Source of the DNA: Mobula birostris
Lineage: Eukaryota
Direction: 5' to 3'
NCBI RefSeq assembly: GCF_030028105.1
Contig: NC_092389.1
Coordinates: 22,245,180 to 22,309,179 of the forward strand
Length of the DNA: 64,000 nt
Of this stretch, positions 13,653-25,196 are shown in pieces. Position 1 is the stretch's first letter. Every line of letters begins with the position of its first letter. The notes beneath the pieces were generated by a model. The model searched no databases. It saw only the letters and a list, made by a program, of their open reading frames with translations, and was not told the DNA's origin. A program made the position numbers and the translations under genes.

Positions 13653-14253
13653 TTGAATGAAATATACAAGAAAAAAAATCACAAATTTGTCCTGAAAATA
13701 GGTTCACATTTTGAAATAATGGCAAGCATCCTGTAGCTACATTTAAGGCCAGGAGTAGCCTGTGAGTAGCAAAATCTATACTTTCCACTAATTACTTCTC
13801 AAGTCTTCTTTCCATCCATCCATGAAGGTTGAAGATGGAATAGCAAGTGAATAATCTGTGGGAGTTAAACGCACAAATCAATGCGTCAAACAACTCAGTG
13901 TAATATCCAGTTTCTGATTTTTGCTCCAAACAGCCAAAGCTCCACTTTGTAATGTTATATTTACACCTTGTTTTGTGATATTTGATGGACTATATGAGCG
14001 AAGTATTTTTATTTGGCTTTTAGTTTTTGGTTCAAGCTGTAAATCTGACTGTTAGCACTGTTTATTGTATTCAGACTGTGGATTTGTGTTAGACAAAGGC
14101 ATACATATAAAGGGCAAGTCAATGGCTTGCCCTCACTCGGCCAATGCAAGTTTGGAACAGCCAGCCAAGAGGCAGTTTTTAAAAAAAATTGTTAAAACTT
14201 ATTAAATTTGCTGGTGAACGCAGCAGGCCAGGCAGCATCTCTAGGAAGAGGTG

Positions 14254-14291
14254 CAGTCAACGTTTCAGGCCAAGACCCTTCGTCAGGACTA
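14254..14291 (-). ncRNA. Minimal type I hammerhead ribozyme motif (antisense arm)
   Basis: Minus strand reads tagtc CTGACGA A gggtcttggcct GAAA CGTT gactg. Confidence 0.65.
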
Positions 14292-14802
14292 ACTGAAGGA
14301 AGAGCTAGTAAGAGATTTGAAAGTGGGAGGGGGAGGGGGAGATCCAAAATGATAGGAGAAGACAGGAGGGGGAGGGATGGAGCCAAGAGCTGGATAGGTG
14401 ATTGGCAAAGGGGATATGAGAGGATCATGGGACAGGAGGCCTAGGGAGAAAGACGGGGGGGTGGGGCGAACCCAGAGGATGGGCAAGGGGTATAGTCAGA
14501 GGGACAGAGGGAGAAAAAGGAGAGAGAGAAAGAATGTGTGTACAAAAATAAATAACGGATGGGGTACGAGGGGGAGGTGGGGCATTAGCAGAAGTTAGAG
14601 AAGTCAATGTTCATGCCATCAGGTTGGAGGTGACCCAGACGGAATATAATCCTGATCCTGTCCCATGATCCTCTCATATCCCCTTTTGCCAATCACCTGT
14701 CCAGCTCTTGGCTCCATCCCTCCCCCTCCTGTCTTCTCCGATCATTTTGGATCTCCCCCTCCCCCTTCCACTTTCAAATCTCTTACTAACTCTTCCTTCA
14801 GT

Positions 14803-14840
14803 TAGTCCTGACGAAGGGTCTCGGCTTGAAACGTCGACTG
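14803..14840 (+). ncRNA. Minimal type I hammerhead ribozyme motif in PLE pLTR
   Basis: tagtc CTGACGA A gggtctcggctt GAAA CGTC gactg: stem I agtc/gact, conserved core, stem II, and palindromic ACGT with a GUC triplet. Confidence 0.7.
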
Positions 14841-17169
14841 TACCTCTTCCCAGAGATGCTGCCTGACCTGCTGCGTTCACCAGCCACTTTGACATGTGTT
14901 GCTTGAATTTCCAGCATCTTCAGAATTCCTGTTGTTTGCGTTAAAACTTATTGTTCAACTAGCTTTGATTCTAATCTTTAATTGAACTAAACACACAATT
15001 GTTAATCTCAGTGAGGACTGAAATGCTTTCCCTTCCATCTGCCAATGTTGTAGATTTCTTTTCTCATTTTGAAATGTTCACAGAAAACCTGTCTCGGGTA
15101 AATCCAAAGCAACACTTCACATTTCAGTTGCAGGACAGTTTGCTTTCTGCTTCAGCTTAGGAGTTGAAAGGAGCCAAGCTCTAAACACTACCAATGCTAG
15201 ACTAAGGTATTTGGCAAAGCTCCAGTTCAACAGCATACCTTAATTTTGCCATCATTATTTGACCTGCTGTGGTGCATGACAGATTCCAATCCAGACCATC
15301 TCTGTTCTTGTGATACTGAGCTTGACAATTCTTTAGCCTTAGGAACACATAAATCACATTTCAGTCATTATTTGTAACAGCTTCCAATTTAGTGTTAATC
15401 ATGCCTAGCATAAAGCAGATTTTAGGTTCTGCAATAGGTCACAAACAGGAATATACACCTGGCTCCAAATAAATTGAAATTGCTCGCCATGAGGGATCTC
15501 TGCTCAGCTTGAATTAACTGTTGTACTTGTGGTTAATGATGCTCTAAAACATTTCAAAATTGCAATACCTTTTCTGAAGGAGCATCATACCTCACAGGTT
15601 CAAAATTTAGATCAAAAAGCAGCAACAAATGTCACATTTGCAAAAATACAGTTGAATAATTCAGCAAGAACTGGATTAATCCATTCAGGCAAATAATGTG
15701 GCCTTGTATATAATGAACCTGTTCAACAACTAAAAAAAAGACTTATTTGTTATTGGGGAAATTAACAAAAAAACTATAATGAAACGTGCCTCAATTTTAT
15801 GCAAATACAGTATACACCAGCTATAAAAAGACAACCAAGTACAAGATTAGACTCGAATGTAGATCCCTATACTATGATAATATAAATCTCTACATCCTGA
15901 TAATTCCTTAAAGGTCTTCACAGCCATAAGAAATTAGATTGCAGCCTATAAATTACATCACACTGGTAATTTTCAAACAGGGACCAAGGAGGACCTGACC
16001 TTCTAAAAAGAAACAATAAAGCATAGAATTCTATCATATGATGTAGTTTCTCCTGCGACCCAGCAGAGATGACCAAAAAAAAATCTCAGCCGCATTGTGG
16101 ATAGCCACTCCTGCCATCATTAGAATAAAAACATAATTACTTTAAAAATATTTATTTCTTTGATATAATTTCTACAAATAGTTAGGTCACCGTGGAATAC
16201 TTAGATTTTTTTTTAATTTGAGAAGGCATTTCATTGAATTGTGGCAGCTCAGACAATCCCTTGAACCGTGGTTGCTCATGTTTTGAAGGAAATCCCACAG
16301 ATTATTGCCGGGTTGGATGCTCTAGGAATTTGATGGAATGTCGATTTATAACAGAGATCAGAGGGTACAAGAATAAATGATGATTAGTGTGCTTGAATTG
16401 TAAAGGTATGGGAACTGTCATGGGCTCCAAATCTGGTATCACAAAATTAGGAGCCAGAGCAAAGCAGTTAGCAAGACGTCATGCTTGTCAATGAGAAACA
16501 AGGACAGAGAAAGAAATAGAACAGACTGAAACAAGTCAATGTGAATATACTATTGACTGCAATATCTAATGATTGTACTCAGGAGGAAAAGAGGAAAGAA
16601 AAGAATTAAAAATTTTTAAAAACCTACTGGAACGTATTACCATTTGCAAAGTTAAGCATCTTAACTGTTCTTTTTACGTGTCTCCAAGGAAGGAACATTA
16701 AAACAATCCTTGTTATTATTTACCAACTGTTTTTATTATAAATAACTATATACAATTTTATCTTTCATATAATATATAACAGTTGGTTATATACAGTATA
16801 CATATCTGCAGTGGAATTCCACCCATTTCTTTCTATTCACAGGAGGGTAAAATTCAAAGGTCAATGTGGAGTATACATTTTGCTATTCACAATTTGCAAG
16901 ACATCGCTTCCTCACTACAAATAGTCATTTTTTGTGCGCTGCAATAACAAAGTGCCCATTTTCTTGACATTATTTTGCCAGTGAATTCTGAACTTGTTTA
17001 CGCATTGCTTTCCTGGACATTATTGTGATTGCTGGTACACTGAGAGTCCCAATCAAGCACTCAGTGAGTCAGAATTGACCTGTGGTCCAGTAGATTTGTT
17101 GCTTGCATTATTTTATCAAGGCTGAAGGCTCAGTTCATTTGTTAACACTCCTTTTCGGATGGCTCCCAC

Positions 17170-17460
17170 TCCACTCATTTAGCTGACAACGGAGTGCAGT
17201 ATCGAAGATGTGCAACGCTGTCCAAAGTGCCTTCATGTATATAAGTTGTTAAAAAGAGGTCCAGTCAAATGAACTTGCTTTTTCCCTCCAAATTGATAAA
17301 ATGCTGGAGAGGTTTCCTGATGTTCCCACTAACACTAATCTCTTGGAAATCACAAATAAAATCCTTTAAGTCATCGCCTGGACTTTTGGAATTATCTCCT
17401 TTGCAGAATCTACTTCGTAATACATTATGTTTCAAAACAGGGTGTAAAGTACTTAAAGTG
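17170..17460 (+). mobile_element. Ancient SINE remnant (DeuSINE/SacSINE-like)
   Basis: gctgacaacggagtgcagtatcgaagatgtgcaacgctgtccaaagtgcc...gttaaaaagaggtcc resembles the Deu-domain as recalled from memory. Highly diverged. Confidence 0.4.
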
Positions 17461-17689
17461 AAGCATACAGTGTGAAGAACACTACACACATGGTAATTTT
17501 TGTGTTCCTTCTCACTCCACCTAAATAGTTATGAACAACAATTATTTAACTGTCTATCATTTTCTTAGAGCCATGCGGAAGTACAACATAGAAGTGGGCC
17601 CTTTGGCAAACCAAGTACGTATTGATCATGAGACACCCACTCTGACATTTTTCCTACCCTGACTTAAATTACACTCTCTACATCTCCCA

Positions 17690-17915
17690 TGAACTCCCCC
17701 ACACTTTACCACTCACTAACACACTGAGGGGAATTTACTGAGGCCAATTAACCACCAACCCACACATTACTTTGATGGGGAAGGAAACCAGAGGACGGCA
17801 GAAACCTACGTGTCAGAGTGAAAATGTGCAAACTTCAGGCAGTGCTGAAAGAGAATTACATCAAGGTCATTGGAGCTATGAGGCAGCAGCTGTACCAGCG
17901 ACACTACGTGCCACC
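17690..17915 (-). mobile_element. tRNA-derived SINE (V-SINE-like)
   Basis: Reverse of the SINE core (ggccaattaacc...gggaaggaaaccagagga...) and head (...actacgtgccaccc). Confidence 0.55.
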
Positions 17916-18194
17916 CTCTAGAGCACTGTTCCTCAGAAAACTACTAGTTGTGTTCAATAAGGAAATTGTTAAACTGGGAAGTTGTAATCATGACATTGGA
18001 GAAAACCACAATATAACAGAGACCAAAAACAGCAACACAAATTGAGCTCTCATAAACCTGGAAATAATTTGCCTGTGCTCATGTCATCCCTTCGGATCAA
18101 TCTGTTTATTTCCCAAAAGCACAGATGTAGAGGCACTACTTAAAGATGTGTTTTAAAATGTAGGTAAGCAAAGGCAACAAAAAAAAAAATGAAA

Positions 18195-18387
18195 GCAACA
18201 CACAAAGTTGCTGGTGAACGCAGCAGGCCAGGCAGCATCTCTAGGAAGAGGTACGGTCGACGTTTCGGGCCGAGACGTCGACTGTACATCTTCCTAGAGG
18301 TGCTGCCTGGCCTGCTGCGTTCACCAGCAACTTTGATGTGTGTTGCTTGAATTTCCAGCATCTGCAGAATTCCTCCTGTTTGCGTTT
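18195..18387. mobile_element. Palindromic minimal Penelope-like insertion
   Basis: Near-perfect inverted arms of about 70 bp meeting inside the hammerhead stem II, with the CUGANGA core absent. Flanking direct repeat aaaaaaaaatgaaa. Confidence 0.85.
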
Positions 18388-18479
18388 AAAAAAAAAATGA
18401 AATTGTGCTTTTGTTTCATGGAAGTGAGCGAATTAAGTGATTTGATTATTAGAGGGATTTCTCATCCATTACTGAAAAA

Positions 18480-19375
18480 AATTGCAGGAACTCTGAAATA
18501 TACATATCAATGTGGAAAACTCTCAGCAGGTCAGACAGTATTAGTGGAAACTGAAACAAGGTCAATGTTTTAGGATCAAGGTCTTCAAGCACAACTGGGA
18601 AAGAAAGGGAGATGAAATATTGGATGAGGATTAATCTTCTCCCTGGTCCTTTCCATCTCTACTGATCAGTCCACTAACAGTACTTTCCCATGTATCTTCG
18701 GGGATGTAACACCTAGCCTTTTACCTTGAGCTTCCCTGCCATCTAGATGAGAAAGTGATTCACTTGAACTGCATCCAGTTTTCACAAAATGGTCTCCTCT
18801 CTGCTGGACAAATTGGGTGATCTCAAGTTTCCTGTTGCCTGCCACTTTAATTCTCTATCCCAACCCCCACTCCAATTAGACAGTGACCTCAAGCCTCATA
18901 ACAAGGCCAATTTTGGGGAACAGCATCTCATCTTCTGTTTGAAATACAGGTACTGTAAACTTCCAGACTATCAAATTCAGCACATTCTGGTATTTCACTT
19001 TCTCTTTTAATATCAAAACAGGCCAGTTTTGCTGCAAGTCATCCATCTGTAACACTCAGTACTTATCTCCTTCCATTAGCACAGCCTGACCTTCTTGACA
19101 CATCCCACTGTTCTGCTTTTCACAACTTCTACTTTTCCTTGTATTTTTCTCCTCTCCTTCTCTTATTACCCTGAATTTACAGCTTTTTGCTTTTGTTCAA
19201 ACTGCTCTCATTAATCTATCAACTATCAGGCATGTTCTCTATATCCCATTCATCACTCCCTCTCCACTGTCCGTGCAATTTAAAAAGAACTTCTCTCTTT
19301 CCCATTTCTGACACAACAGTTGTCTCTTCTCACAGACGCTGCCTGACCTGCTGACCGTTTCCAGCATGTCTCAGC
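18480..19375 (+). mobile_element. Degraded Penelope-like fragment
   Basis: Diverged GIY-YIG C-terminal coding (ccactttaattc...gaacagcatctcatcttc) and pLTR end (gacgctgcctgacctgctga). Confidence 0.55.
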
Positions 19376-19513
19376 ATTATAACAGACAATACATCACAGA
19401 AATCCTCAGCATAAAATACATTTCTATTGAAAAGAATACAACACTCCTGCATTGATGTCAATTTAAAAGTAGGTATTATAAATCAAATGACTAATTTTGT
19501 TTCTCATATGATG

Positions 19514-19990
19514 CAGTGCAAAAGTCTTAGACACACTTATCTAGCTAGGGTGCTTAAGACAGTTGTACAGTTCTGTATTTGACAACGTGGAGCAGAGAGT
19601 GAGTTTATAAATCTGGTGTGAGTGAAGGATGTTGGGAATGGGGAGGATAGTGCATTGCAGGAGGGGTGTGGGACAGGTGACAGAGAAAGAGTGCCTGGAA
19701 CAGGGGATGGTGTGGGTGCCGACACATTCAGACCTAAGACACCAGGCAAGGTCATTTGATTTCAAATATTTGGTTTATAGATCACTAGAGAATGTCTCTC
19801 TAGTGCTTCCTACTCTCTCCTCTTTCTCTTCCCTTTTTCTCAACCGTGATTCCCCTCTCTCTACCCTGTTTCCCACTCTCAGTCCACAATAGAGACCCAT
19901 ATCAGAATCAGGTTCATCATCTTTCACTTCATGAATTTTTTTTTGTGTGGAAACAGTACAGTTCAAAACAAAAAATACAACAGTACTGTG
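19514..19990. mobile_element. Tc1/mariner-type MITE (same family as 5490-6621)
   Basis: gtgcaaaagtcttag terminus. The body is the reverse complement of about 6190-6600. Confidence 0.7.
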
Positions 19991-20261
19991 AAGTGTGTGT
20001 GTGTGTGTGTTCATACATACACATAGACACGTATTAGACACGTATTAAGAAATTCTATTATATTTCATATAAAAGTTTACACAAGCAGACTGACAATGTG
20101 AAAAAGAAAAACTGTGCAAGTCAAAATACTGAGAACAAAATGTAAACAGTCCTCGAAAACAAATCTGTAGATCATAGATTTCATGAAATCAGTCATGATA
20201 TTCTTTCATTATTGCCATTGCAGGATCAGATTATTATTTAAACAACATCTTCTGTTAAGTG

Positions 20262-20492
20262 CGCAAACAACAGGAATTCTGCAGATGCTGGTGTGAGTGA
20301 AGGATAATGGGAATGGGGAGGATAGTGCATTGCAGGAGGGGCATGGGACAGGTGACAGAGAAAGAGTGCCTGGAACAGGGGATGGTGAACAGGGTCCTGA
20401 CGAAGGGTCTCGGCCTGAAACGTCGACTGTACCTCTTCCTAGAGATGCTGCCTGGCCTGCTGCGTTCACCAGCAACTTTGATGGGCGTTGCT
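20262..20492. mobile_element. Penelope-like insertion containing a captured 100-bp local sequence and a hammerhead motif
   Basis: 15-bp TSD atcttctgttaagtg at 20247-20261 and 20493-20507. Segment 20288-20387 duplicates 19613-19712. Hammerhead at 20394-20429. Confidence 0.85.
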
Positions 20493-20507
20493 ATCTTCTG
20501 TTAAGTG

Positions 20508-21715
20508 TTTTTTTGAGGAAGTGACAAGTAGGGTAGACAAAAGTGAGGCAGTGGATGTCATTTACTTCGATTTTCAGAAGGCATTTGATAAGGTGCCAGA
20601 CATGAGGATGCTTAACAAGATAATATCCTATGGCATGGTAGGAAAGATACTGACATGGATAGAGGAATGGCTGACAGGCAGGAGGCAGCAAGTGGGAATA
20701 AAGGAAGCTTTTTCTTGTTGGCTGGCAGTGACCAGTGGCATTACTCAGGGGTCAGTATTGGTTTTGATTCTTTTCACATTCTTTGTCAATGATTTGGATA
20801 ATAGAATTGATGGCTTGTGCAAAGTTTGCGGATGATACAAAGAGGAGTAGGTAGTGTTGAGGAAGCAATGCGATTGCAGCAGGACTTAGTCAAATAGGAA
20901 GCATGAGCAAAGAAGTGGTAGATGGAATACAGTGTTGGGAAATGTCTGATAAATAATTTTGGTAAAAGGAACAATAGTGTAGACTATTATCTAAATTGGG
21001 AGAAGGTTCAAACATCAGAGGTGCAAAGGGACTTGGGAGTCCTTGTGTAAAACACCCAGGTGATTAATTTACAGATCGAGTCTATGGTAAAGAAGACAAA
21101 TGTAATGTTGACATTTATTTCAGGGAGAATAGAATATAAAGGCAAGAAGATAATGTTGAGCCTTTATAAAGCACTAATCAGCCAAATTTGGAATATCGTC
21201 AACAATTTCAGGCTCCATATCTCAGAAAGGATGTTTTGTCATTGGAGAGGGTCCAGAGGACGTTCACGAGGATGATTCCGGGAATGAAGAGATTAACAGA
21301 TGAGGTGCATATGGCAGCTTTGGGCCTGTACTCACCAGAATTTAGAAGAATGCATGCGGACCTAATTGAAACCTACCGACCATTGAAAGGAATAGATAGG
21401 GTGGTTATGGAGAGGATGCTTCCTGTGATGGGGGTATCCAGAACTAGAGGGCACAGCCTCAAAATTAAGGGGTGACCCTTTAGGACAGAGGTAAGGAGGA
21501 TTTTTTTTCAGCTAGACAGTCGTGAATCTGTGGAATGCTCTGCCACAGACTGCGGTGGATGCTAAGTCCGTGGGTATATTTAAGGTGGAAGTTGACCATT
21601 TCCTGATCGGTCAGGGCATCAAAAGATGTGGCGAGAAGCCAGGTACATGGGGTTGAGTGGGATCTGGGATCAGCCATGATGGGCTGAATGGCCTAATTCT
21701 GCTCCTATGTCTTAT
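20508..21715 (+). mobile_element. CR1 LINE fragment (RT to 3' end), decayed
   Basis: Encodes FFEEVT...VDVIYFDFQKAFDKVP, SGITQGSVL, (K)FADD in a shifted frame, LERVQRTFTRMIPG and TRGHSLK, then the 3' UTR. Confidence 0.92.
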
Positions 21716-22142
21716 GAGTCTTATACAGACTCCTTAGCTAATGAGTAGAGAAGTGACAAATTTGATCAGCATAATTAATTATGAAACTACTAACCACTTA
21801 TCTCCAAGTCCACAGAGTGGCCACGATAGTGCTTGATGTAGTTTGCATTCATGTAGCCCCACATACTGCTTGTGACACTGTGGGACCATTCACCTTCACA
21901 ATCACTGATTTTTGATGAAGGACAACAATTCATGAGCAACAACTAGGCCTCAGAGCCTCAGGCATTGTCCTCCAAGGACTACTGTGTTGGCCATGCTGTC
22001 AAAGATCTTTGAACTAGGACTAAATATTAAAAATGATAAATTTACCTCAGCATCTTTGTGAAAACATTGAAAACATTTGCCAACAATAGAATGAAGTCAC
22101 TTCTTGTTCAGTCAAAATTGGCAAGTCTATTCAGATAGAGTG

Positions 22143-22337
22143 TAAACAACACATACAAAATGCTGGAGGAACTCAGCAGGCCAGGCAGCATCTATGGAAA
22201 AAGGTACAGTCAGGGTTTAGACCCAAAACATCGACTGTACTCTTTTCCATAGATACTGCCTAGCCTGCTGACTTCCTCCAGCATTTTGTGTGCATTGCTT
22301 GGATTTCCACCATCTGCAGATCTTTTCTTGTTTGTGA
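22143..22337. mobile_element. Short self-inverted Penelope-like insertion
   Basis: Inverted arms. 12-bp TSD tcagatagagtg/tcagatagggtg (22131-22142, 22338-22349). Confidence 0.75.
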
Positions 22338-23404
22338 TCAGATAGGGTGCACATGGACCATTAGGGCAGTGGCATTGTATTTCACTGCGGTGTATGAAAC
22401 TTGTAAAACAATGATTGAATGAATATCTGTCAGGTTGGGTGACAGCTCTTAACAAGTGGTGTCTGTAGAGTAATGTCAGTAGAATGTTTGCTAGTGCTTT
22501 GACAGCTGGTTTCTTTCTGAATTCCAGATTCTTGCTTATGTGTGATATTTAACGCATTGTGTAAGCCCAAGGAATGCTGTGTGTTGCAGACATTGAGAGA
22601 TTAGTGAATGACTATTAAAAGATCTAGTTTATGAAACTCTGTTAATAGACGTGTTTTGTCTGAATGACAAAAAAACTAGTACTGTGACACAAACAAAGGA
22701 GCCAGATTTACAGGTGTCTTCCTCAGTAATGATTGTTTATCAATAAGTAGAAGTTGGCTTTTAAAATCTCATTACAGTGCTGCACATGAAAAATTTTCAG
22801 AACTGGCACACCATTATTTTAGCCATCGTCATCATTACAGCTCAGTTTGGCAAAATTTGACTAGAGCACTTCTTTGTCATACGTTTTGTGTTGTGAACTG
22901 TTACTGATCTGTCTAACCAAACCTGCTGTGCTGGCATGTATTTTTGATAAGTGCCATAACTGTGATCTAGTAAACTACAACATGAGCTGAGTGCTATTCT
23001 TGCTGGCTGTGGGCACGCTAGGCAGGACAAAGAAACAGACAGAAGACTCACTGATACCAAGGCTAACAACAATTCTCATGTTCTGCGATTTCTGATGAAT
23101 TATAGAAAATTAGTTTCATCATTTGACACTATGAGCAAAAGGTTAGTTTGGTATGCATTCTAATAATTGTATCAAGTGGAAGATAGCTTACAAGTATCAG
23201 TGCATGGTTTCCTTTGACCTTAAAGCACCTTCGCAGATCTCTGTTCCCACCTAAAGCTACAGTATGCTTATCATCAATGAAAGTGATATTAGCTGTCGTA
23301 AGCCAAGTTAGGAAGGGATGTGTTGTTTAGTCATGTAAACATGAAGCGAGGGTATATGCAAAATTCAGCTGTGATGCAAGATCATAAGACCAAAATACAA
23401 AAGA

Positions 23405-23985
23405 ATTGAGTGGAGCACCAACACAGAGGTTGTGCACAAGAAGGGCCAGAATTGCCTTTACTTCCTGAGGAGACTGAGGTCCTTTGGAGTATGCAAGCCT
23501 CTCCTTCACACGAGCTACAAGTCCGTTGTCACCAGAACAGTCTTCTATGTGGTGGTGTGCTGGGGCAATGGCATCAACATGGATGATGCCAACAGGCTCA
23601 ATAAACTGATTAGAAATGCTGGCTCTGCTGTAGGAGTCAAACTAGGCACATTGGAGGCCATGGTAGAACAACAGAAAAGGCTGGCAATTCTGGCCAAGGT
23701 TTCTCATCCTCTGCATGCCATCTTGGCTGAACAGAGCAGCACTTTACATAACAGACTAAGACAACTGTGTTGCTCCAAAGAGTGCTATATGAGGTCATTC
23801 TTACCCTCGGCTATTAGTCTCTATAATGTGTCGATCTATAGCCAGGGAAGTGATAACTCCCTCCTGTTAGACTGTTTGAGGCAACCTTTTTTTTATTCTT
23901 TCTTATTTCTCTTCCAATATTTATATATTTGTGCACTTGTAATGCGACTGTGACATTGTAATTAGCTGTGGGATCAACAAATTAT
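23405..23985 (+). mobile_element. Rex1/Babar-like LINE 3' fragment
   Basis: ORF 23432-23953 encodes KKGQNCLYFLRRLRSF...WGNGI...HPLH...SFLPSAISLYN. Confidence 0.85.
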
Positions 23986-23990
23986 TTAAG

Positions 23991-24320
23991 TGTAAGGGGT
24001 TTCTTCTTTTATGTTACTGCATAGGCTAATTAAAATGGCTTCTTTGTTATGTTAACTGCTGAGAAAGTGTTCTCACTAGCAGCTTTTTTGGGTTATAGAG
24101 CGAGTTGTATTCAGTTGCTAACCAATTGGGATAGATGTTATTCTTTCTCGTGTGTCTGTAAGCTATTGTGAAGCGTGAGTTTTTGGGGAGAAGGTGTGAT
24201 GGGGAGAGAGTGAGTGGATGCGATGCTGTGAGCTGGGTAATGGGGTCGGACCCCGAGCCGGAGGCTGAAGTCCAGGGTCTTCGACGAGGGGAGGAGACAA
24301 AGACAGACTCGTGTGGAGCG
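23991..24320 (+). mobile_element. LTR start truncated by an assembly gap
   Basis: Begins TGTAAG and shares aatggcttct...tgtt-actgct motifs with the solo LTR at 5569-6164. Confidence 0.5.
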
Positions 24321-24813
24321 NNNNNNNNNNNNNNNNNNNNNNNNNNNNNNNNNNNNNNNNNNNNNNNNNNNNNNNNNNNNNNNNNNNNNNNNNNNNNNNN
24401 NNNNNNNNNNNNNNNNNNNNNNNNNNNNNNNNNNNNNNNNNNNNNNNNNNNNNNNNNNNNNNNNNNNNNNNNNNNNNNNNNNNNNNNNNNNNNNNNNNNN
24501 NNNNNNNNNNNNNNNNNNNNNNNNNNNNNNNNNNNNNNNNNNNNNNNNNNNNNNNNNNNNNNNNNNNNNNNNNNNNNNNNNNNNNNNNNNNNNNNNNNNN
24601 NNNNNNNNNNNNNNNNNNNNNNNNNNNNNNNNNNNNNNNNNNNNNNNNNNNNNNNNNNNNNNNNNNNNNNNNNNNNNNNNNNNNNNNNNNNNNNNNNNNN
24701 NNNNNNNNNNNNNNNNNNNNNNNNNNNNNNNNNNNNNNNNNNNNNNNNNNNNNNNNNNNNNNNNNNNNNNNNNNNNNNNNNNNNNNNNNNNNNNNNNNNN
24801 NNNNNNNNNNNNN
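24321..24813. other. Assembly gap (N run)
   Basis: Run of N. Confidence 1.
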
Positions 24814-24948
24814 GGGGGGAGAGAGAGGGGGGGAGAGAGAGGGGGGGAGAGAGAGGGGGGGGAGAGAGGGGGGGGAGAGAGAGGGGGGGGGAGAGAGAGG
24901 GGGGGAGAGAGAGGGGGGGAGAGAGAGGGGGGGAGAGAGAGGGGGGGG
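24814..24948. repeat. G-rich simple repeat (G6-8 AGAGAGA)n
   Basis: Directly visible between two gaps. Confidence 0.95.
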
Positions 24949-25196
24949 NNNNNNNNNNNNNNNNNNNNNNNNNNNNNNNNNNNNNNNNNNNNNNNNNNNN
25001 NNNNNNNNNNNNNNNNNNNNNNNNNNNNNNNNNNNNNNNNNNNNNNNNNNNNNNNNNNNNNNNNNNNNNNNNNNNNNNNNNNNNNNNNNNNNNNNNNNNN
25101 NNNNNNNNNNNNNNNNNNNNNNNNNNNNNNNNNNNNNNNNNNNNNNNNNNNNNNNNNNNNNNNNNNNNNNNNNNNNNNNNNNNNNNNNNNNNNNNN
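24949..25196. other. Assembly gap (N run)
   Basis: Run of N. Confidence 1.

Larger units (their letters stand above)
14204..14939. mobile_element. Young Penelope-like insertion with two inverted pLTR arms
   Basis: Arm about 14208-14648 (minus) and arm about 14655-14939 (plus) are near reverse complements over about 230 bp. 13-bp TSD gttaaaacttatt at 14191-14203 and 14940-14952. Confidence 0.9.

Noticed and set aside
14192-14895. Cluster of short ORFs on both strands
   Set aside because: Translations of the non-coding low-complexity pLTR repeat.
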